From a virus (Duplodnaviria; Heunggongvirae; Uroviricota; Caudoviricetes): DNA of 10,152 bases. The notes below the pieces were generated by a model, which was given only the letters and a program-made list of their open reading frames with translations, had not been told where the DNA came from and made no database searches. The position numbers were made by a program, and so were the translations under genes. The stretch is from IMG/VR virus record IMGVR_UViG_2534681939_000019; one strand, given 5' to 3'. How positions within the stretch are numbered: the stretch's first letter is position 1; the number at the start of each line of letters is the position of its first letter. Shown here piece by piece: positions 5,448 to 10,152 of this stretch.

Positions 5448-7105
5448 TACCTGTATGGAGCACAGCCTGCCCGGACTGGGCAGAGCGCCTGAAAAAGGGG
5501 CTGTCGATTATTCCGGATCCGATTTATCCGGACGAGGCCGCACATGCCCTGGCGATTTTTAAACAACTGCGGATTGTGGATGCACCTGGTAGCCCTACGT
5601 TCGGGGAGTCCTGTGCACCGTGGGTGTTTGACCTGGTGGCGGCCCTGTTTGGCTCCTACGATGCGCAGACCGGTGTACGCCATATCAAGGAAGTTTTTAT
5701 CCTTATCCCCAAGAAAAACAGCAAGTCCACGCTGGCCGCGGGGATCATGATGACTGCACTGTTACTGAACTGGCGGCAGGCGGCGGGTTACACGATTCTG
5801 GCCCCGACTGTGGAGGTGGCGGCCAACGCCTTCAACCCTGCCCGGGATATGGTACGACGGGACGATGATCTGGATGACCTCTGCCAGGTACAGACCCATA
5901 TCCGGACCATCACCCACCGGGTGACGGACACCACCCTGAAGGTGGTGGCAGCCGATCCGAATACGGTGTCCGGTATCAAGTCCGTGGGTACGCTGATTGA
6001 TGAGTTGTGGCTGTTTGGCAAGCAGTGCAAGGCGGAGGACATGTTACGTGAAGCCATAGGCGGCCTTGCCTCCCGCCCGGAAGGGTTTGTGGTGTATACG
6101 ACCACCCAGTCGAATGAACCGCCCGCCGGGGTGTTCAGACAGAAACTGCAGTACGCCCGGGATGTGCGCGACGGCAAAATTCATGATCCGCACTTTCTGC
6201 CGGTGATATTTGAACACCCTCCTGAAATGGTGGAAAGCGGGGCTAACCTGCTGATGGAAAACCTCGCCATGGTCAATCCGAATCTCGGCTATTCAGTGGA
6301 TGAGGCCTTTCTGTACCGGGAGTACCGTAAAGCCCGGGAAGCCGGTGAAGAGACATTCCGGGGGTTCATGTCAAAACACGCCAATGTGGAAATTGGTCTT
6401 GCCCTGCGCTCTGACCGCTGGGCGGGGGCTGATTTCTGGGAAGAGCAGGGCCGTTGTATCAGCCTGGACGATATCCTGCGTCGTGCTGATGTGGTGACGG
6501 TGGGGATTGACGGCGGAGGGCTGGATGATCTGCTGGGGATGTATGTGATTGGGCGTGACCGGGAGACCCGCGAATGGCTGGGCTGGGGCCATGCCTGGGC
6601 GCATGGAACCGCGGTGGTCAGACGGAAGAGTGAGGCATCCCGTTTTCAGGATTTTGTGGCCTGTGGAGACATGACGATTGTCCGTCGGGTCGGGGATGAC
6701 ACGGCGGAAGTGGCGGAATATGTGCGTCGCATTCATGAGGCTGAGTTACTGGACCATATCGGTATTGACCCGTCAGGTGTGGGGCAGATTCTGGATTCAC
6801 TGGCGGAAGCCGGGATCCCCGACGGAATTGTTGTGGGGATAAGCCAGGGCTGGAAGCTGGGCGGGGCCATTAAAACCACCGAGCGCAAACTGGCTGAGGG
6901 AGTACTGGTGCATGGTGGTCAGCCACTGATGGCCTGGTGCGTTGGCAATGCCCGGGTGGAGCCTAAAGGTAACGCTATCCTTATTACCAAACAGGCCAGC
7001 GGACGGGGGAAAATTGACCCGCTGATGGCGCTCTTCAATGCGGTCTCCCTGATGTCCCTTAACCCGGAACCGAAAAAGAAAGAATATGCGGTTTTTTTCA
7101 TATAA
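5444..7105 (+). CDS. terL: Terminase large subunit (ATPase plus nuclease)
   Basis: 553-aa ORF; P-loop-like LIPKKNSKST near the N-terminus, acidic patches in the ATPase region, C-terminal nuclease region with VTVGIDGGG and DPSG. Translationally coupled to terS. Confidence 0.9.
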   Translation: MIPVWSTACPDWAERLKKGLSIIPDPIYPDEAAHALAIFKQLRIVDAPGSPTFGESCAPWVFDLVAALFGSYDAQTGVRHIKEVFILIPKKNSKSTLAAGIMMTALLLNWRQAAGYTILAPTVEVAANAFNPARDMVRRDDDLDDLCQVQTHIRTITHRVTDTTLKVVAADPNTVSGIKSVGTLIDELWLFGKQCKAEDMLREAIGGLASRPEGFVVYTTTQSNEPPAGVFRQKLQYARDVRDGKIHDPHFLPVIFEHPPEMVESGANLLMENLAMVNPNLGYSVDEAFLYREYRKAREAGEETFRGFMSKHANVEIGLALRSDRWAGADFWEEQGRCISLDDILRRADVVTVGIDGGGLDDLLGMYVIGRDRETREWLGWGHAWAHGTAVVRRKSEASRFQDFVACGDMTIVRRVGDDTAEVAEYVRRIHEAELLDHIGIDPSGVGQILDSLAEAGIPDGIVVGISQGWKLGGAIKTTERKLAEGVLVHGGQPLMAWCVGNARVEPKGNAILITKQASGRGKIDPLMALFNAVSLMSLNPEPKKKEYAVFFI

Positions 7106-7130
7106 CCCTGTTCACACTGTAACCATCACG

Positions 7131-7155
7131 AACCGCTCCGGCGGTTTTTTATTTT
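7131..7155 (+). terminator. Small hairpin plus U-tract between terL and the protease gene (possible attenuator)
   Basis: AACCGC (7131-7136), loop TCCG, GCGGTT (7141-7146), then TTTTATTTT; overlaps the protease SD AGGAGG (7157-7162). Confidence 0.35.
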
Positions 7156-7167
7156 CAGGAGGCTGAT

Positions 7168-7746
7168 GTGACTCTTAAACGGGCCTGTTCCCTGCTGACG
7201 GTGAAATCCTTCAGCGAGGATGAACGGGTGATCACCGGGATTGCGTCAACGCCTTCTCCGGATCGGGATGGTGACATCCTGGAGCCGGAGGGGGCGGAGT
7301 TTGGCTGTGCGATCCCGTTTCTCTGGCAGCATGACTATTCCCGTCCGGTGGGCCAGTGTACGGTACGCCGGGTCAGTGAAGGTCTGGAAATCACGGCAAC
7401 ACTGGTGAAGCCCGTACCGGATATGCCGTCGCAACTGGCTGCCCGGCTGGATGAGGCCTGGGCGGCCATTAAGACCGGGCTGGTCAGGGGGCTGTCCGTG
7501 GGCTTCCGTCCCCATGAATACACCTCTCTGGACGGAGGCGGACTGCATTTTCTGCGCTGGGAACTGATGGAGGTGTCTGCCGTCACCGTGCCCGCGAATG
7601 CGGAATGCACCATCCGGACCATTAAATCTTACGACCGCCCGTTTTCTGCCGCGTCCGGCAACCGGAAACCGGTGGTGAAAATCGCATCTTCTGCCGGCGC
7701 TGCGGCACAGTCAACAACCGCTTTTCATAAGGAAAAGACAGAATGA
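7168..7746 (+). CDS. HK97-family prohead protease (peptidase S78/U35)
   Basis: GTG 7168 with AGGAGG 5 nt upstream; VITGIASTPSPDRDGDILEPEG ... FLWQHD ... GLSVGFRPHEY ... MEVSAVTVPANAECTI is the typical motif order of the HK97 protease family. Confidence 0.85.
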   Translation: MTLKRACSLLTVKSFSEDERVITGIASTPSPDRDGDILEPEGAEFGCAIPFLWQHDYSRPVGQCTVRRVSEGLEITATLVKPVPDMPSQLAARLDEAWAAIKTGLVRGLSVGFRPHEYTSLDGGGLHFLRWELMEVSAVTVPANAECTIRTIKSYDRPFSAASGNRKPVVKIASSAGAAAQSTTAFHKEKTE

Positions 7747-7812
7747 ATATTGGCGAACAGATAAAAGTTTTGAAACAAGCGTGCGGCGCTGGCAGCCTCC
7801 CTTGAGGAGGTC

Positions 7813-9102
7813 ATGACCAAAGCCGCAGAGGAAGGGCGCACGCTGGATGTGGAGGAGGAAGAGCATTACGACAACACCGCAGCGGAAATCCGTCAGGTGG
7901 ATGCGCACCTGAAGCGCCTGCGTGAACTGGAAGCCGGTAAGGCCGCCACGGCGCAGCCGGTGAAACAGGCCGGTAACGGGAATGTGGCCGCGGTGGCTTC
8001 TGCGCCGGTGATCCGTGTGGAGCAGAAACTGGATAAGGGGATTGGCTTCGCCCGCTTTGCCAAATCGCTGGCTGCGGCTAAAGGCGTCCGATCTGAAGCC
8101 CTGGAAGTGGCCCGTCGTCAGTATCCGGATGACAGTCGTCTGCATCATGTCCTGAAATCGGCAGTGGGCGCAGGGACCACCACGGATCCACAGTGGGCAG
8201 GCAGCCTGTCTGAATATCAGGAATACGCACAGGACTTTATTGATTACCTGCGTCCGCAGACCATTATCGGGCGATTTGGTCAGGGCGGGATCCCTGCACT
8301 TCGTCAGGTGCCATTCAATATCCGCGTGCACGCCCAGGTGTCCGGCGGTGCTGCCGGCTGGGTGGGGGAGGGTAAGGCAAAACCCCTGACGAAGTTTGAT
8401 TTTGAATCCATCACCTTCAGTCATGCGAAGGTGTCGGCCATTGCGGTACTGACGGAAGAACTGATCCGCTTTTCCAGTCCGGCAGCTGATGCACTGGTCC
8501 GTAATGCGCTGGCAGAAGCGGTGGTGGCGCGTCTGGACACAGACTTTGTGGACCCGAAAAAAGCTGCAGTGGCAGATGTCTCCCCGGCGTCCATCACCCA
8601 TGATGTGAAGGGCACGGCATCAACCGGTAACCCGGATGCGGATGCCGAGGCCGCGTTTGGCCAGTTTGTGACGGCAAATCTGCAGCCCACCGGTGCTGTC
8701 TGGCTGATGTCCAGCACCAATGCCCTGGCACTGTCCATGCGTAAAAATGCGCTGGGTCAGAAGGAATATCCGGACATGACCCTGCTGGGCGGGATCTTTC
8801 AGGGGCTTCCGGTGATTGTCTCCCAGTATGTGGGTGACCAGCTGGTGCTGGTGAATGCCCCGGATATTTATCTGGCGGATGACGGCGGCGTGGCAGTGGA
8901 TATGTCCCGCGAAGCATCACTGGAAATGCAGTCTGAGCCGACCGGCGACAGTACCACGCCGTCCCCGGTGGAGCTGGTTTCCATGTTCCAGACAGGCAGC
9001 GTGGCCATCCGTGCGGAGCGCTGGATCAACTGGCGTCGTCGCCGTACTGCGGCGGTGGCGGTGATCACCGGAGTGAACTACGGCAGTGCGTCCGGCGGCT
9101 GA
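7813..9102 (+). CDS. HK97-fold major capsid protein; the true N-terminus probably starts at ATG 7743 in another frame (apparent frameshift)
   Basis: 429-aa ORF with a coiled-coil-like N-terminal delta region (EIRQVDAHLKRLRELEAG) and Gly/Ala-rich capsid body, placed directly after the protease. ATG 7743 overlaps the protease stop (ATGA) and encodes MNIGEQIKVLKQ before a frame change near 7773-7776. Confidence 0.85.
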   Translation: MTKAAEEGRTLDVEEEEHYDNTAAEIRQVDAHLKRLRELEAGKAATAQPVKQAGNGNVAAVASAPVIRVEQKLDKGIGFARFAKSLAAAKGVRSEALEVARRQYPDDSRLHHVLKSAVGAGTTTDPQWAGSLSEYQEYAQDFIDYLRPQTIIGRFGQGGIPALRQVPFNIRVHAQVSGGAAGWVGEGKAKPLTKFDFESITFSHAKVSAIAVLTEELIRFSSPAADALVRNALAEAVVARLDTDFVDPKKAAVADVSPASITHDVKGTASTGNPDADAEAAFGQFVTANLQPTGAVWLMSSTNALALSMRKNALGQKEYPDMTLLGGIFQGLPVIVSQYVGDQLVLVNAPDIYLADDGGVAVDMSREASLEMQSEPTGDSTTPSPVELVSMFQTGSVAIRAERWINWRRRRTAAVAVITGVNYGSASGG

Positions 9103-9116
9103 GTCTGATAAGGAGG

Positions 9117-9138
9117 ACGGGAGGCGTGCGCCTCCCGT
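9117..9138 (+). other. GC-rich 22-bp palindrome / stem-loop immediately downstream of the major capsid gene
   Basis: ACGGGAGGCG (9117-9126) and CGCCTCCCGT (9129-9138) are perfect reverse complements around a 2-nt centre; no U-tract follows. Confidence 0.45.
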
Positions 9139-9146
9139 AACAGGTT

Positions 9147-9368
9147 ATGGCAAAGATCCGATATCTGCAGGGCACGCATGATGCCCGGCCCGGGGATATC
9201 CGGGATGTCGCACAGCCGTGTGCGGAGGTGCTGGTTCGCCTGAGGAAGGCGGAGTACATCACAGCGCGACGTCCGGCGGGTCAGAAAAAGAAACATGATG
9301 CGGAGCATAGCGAATGTGGAACTTTTTGCGACGAACCCGAAAAAACCAGAAATCAGGACGTGATGTAA
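9147..9368 (+). CDS. Hypothetical small protein (73 aa) between capsid and portal genes
   Basis: Track ORF MAKIRYLQGTHDARPGDIRDVAQPCAEVLVRLRKAEYI...; weak SD; overlaps the predicted portal start by about 55 nt, so it may be shorter or not real. Confidence 0.35.
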   Translation: MAKIRYLQGTHDARPGDIRDVAQPCAEVLVRLRKAEYITARRPAGQKKKHDAEHSECGTFCDEPEKTRNQDVM

Positions 9369-10152
9369 AAGAGGCGGGCTGGACCAGCCTGTTTCAGGCG
9401 GTGGCTGAGCCCTTTGCCGGCGCCTGGCAGCAGGGTGTGAAAGCCGATCCGGAAAGTGTCCTCTCCTTTCATGCGGTGTTTGCATGCATTTCGCTGATAT
9501 CCCAGGATATCGCCAAAATGCGGCTGCGTCTTATGCAGACGGATGCGCATGGGATACGCAGGGAAACGCGCCGGGGGGATATTGCCCGCCTCTGTCGTCG
9601 TCCCAACGCCCAGCAGAACCGCATCCAGTTTTTTGAACTGTGGCTGAACGCCAAACTGCGTCATGGCAATACGGTGGTGCTGAAAATCCGTAATGCCCGG
9701 GGGCAGATCAAAGAACTGCGTATTCTGGACTGGAGCCGGGTTGAACCTCTGGTGGCGGATGACGGCGAGGTGTTCTACCGCATCACACCGGACCGGAACT
9801 GCGGGATCACGGAGGCGGTGACGGTGCCTGCCAGGGAAGTGATCCACGACCGGTTTAACTGTTTTTTTCATCCGCTTATAGGACTGCCGCCGGTGTATGC
9901 CGCCGGGCTGGCGGCCACGCAGGGGCATCATATTCAGGAAAATTCGACGTCTTTTTTCAGAAATGGCGGCAGGCCGTCCGGGGTGATTGAGATCCCCGGC
10001 AGTATTACGGAAGAAAATGCGAAAAAACTGAAGAGCAACTGGGACAGCGGGTATACAGGCGAAAATGCGGGGAAAACGGCCATTCTGAGCAACGGGGCAA
10101 AATACAACCCCACGACGTTTTCACCTGTGGATGCGCAGACGGTGGAACAACT
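9314..10152 (+). CDS. Portal protein (HK97-family), 5' part; continues beyond the window end
   Basis: Frame is open from ATG 9314 to the window end with no stop: MWNFLRRTRKNQKSGRDVKEAGWTSLFQ ... SFHAVFACISLISQDIAKMRLRL ... FFRNGGRPSGVIEIPGSITEENAKKLKSNWDSGYTGENAGKTAILSNGAKYNPTTFSPVDAQTVEQ. The FRNGxRPSG and ENAGK blocks are characteristic of portal proteins. Confidence 0.85.
   Translation, partial: MWNFLRRTRKNQKSGRDVKEAGWTSLFQAVAEPFAGAWQQGVKADPESVLSFHAVFACISLISQDIAKMRLRLMQTDAHGIRRETRRGDIARLCRRPNAQQNRIQFFELWLNAKLRHGNTVVLKIRNARGQIKELRILDWSRVEPLVADDGEVFYRITPDRNCGITEAVTVPAREVIHDRFNCFFHPLIGLPPVYAAGLAATQGHHIQENSTSFFRNGGRPSGVIEIPGSITEENAKKLKSNWDSGYTGENAGKTAILSNGAKYNPTTFSPVDAQTVEQ

Noticed and set aside
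5078-5683. 201-aa minus-strand ORF opposite terS/terL
   Set aside because: Antisense to two well-supported, translationally coupled genes; composition (Arg/Gly/Cys-rich) is not protein-like.
7711-8601. 296-aa minus-strand ORF opposite the capsid gene
   Set aside because: Cys/His/Arg-rich low-complexity translation typical of the antisense of a GC-rich coding region; the + strand capsid ORF is far more protein-like.
9126-9140. GTG at 9126 as an alternative start for the 9147 ORF, using the AGGAGG at 9111-9116
   Set aside because: In-frame TAA at 9138-9140 terminates it after four codons.
1-10152. tRNA genes, CRISPR repeats, IS elements and Shiga-toxin genes, which might be expected near a Stx-phage-like lysis cassette
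   Set aside because: No cloverleaf-compatible sequence with a T-loop consensus was found in intergenic regions, there are no regularly spaced repeats or transposase-like ORFs, and no A/B toxin subunit ORFs were seen.

Overview
This window reads as the late-operon segment of a lambdoid prophage from an enterobacterium (E. coli-like), all on the + strand except one small gene. In order: the 3' end of an unknown ORF; a phage-21-type lysis cassette (pinholin S, a small coupled ORF, SAR endolysin R, an antirepressor-like gene plus a 40-aa membrane ORF, then Rz with embedded Rz1); a moron region with an AT-rich island and a minus-strand ribbon-helix-helix gene; then the packaging and head module (HNH endonuclease, inverted-repeat array, TerS, TerL, HK97-family prohead protease, HK97-fold major capsid protein, a small ORF, and the 5' part of the portal gene). 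No tRNA, rRNA, CRISPR array, IS element or toxin gene was seen. The most striking point is that at least four conserved genes (holin, endolysin, Rz, capsid N-terminus) each continue in a different reading frame after an apparent single-base indel; this is either a decaying, lysis-defective prophage or indel errors in the assembly. Other points worth a second look are the GTTAAC-containing palindrome array upstream of terS (candidate cos/terminase recognition site), the portal gene lying downstream of protease and capsid, and the AT-rich moron island. All identifications are from reading translations and motifs by eye; no database search was run.
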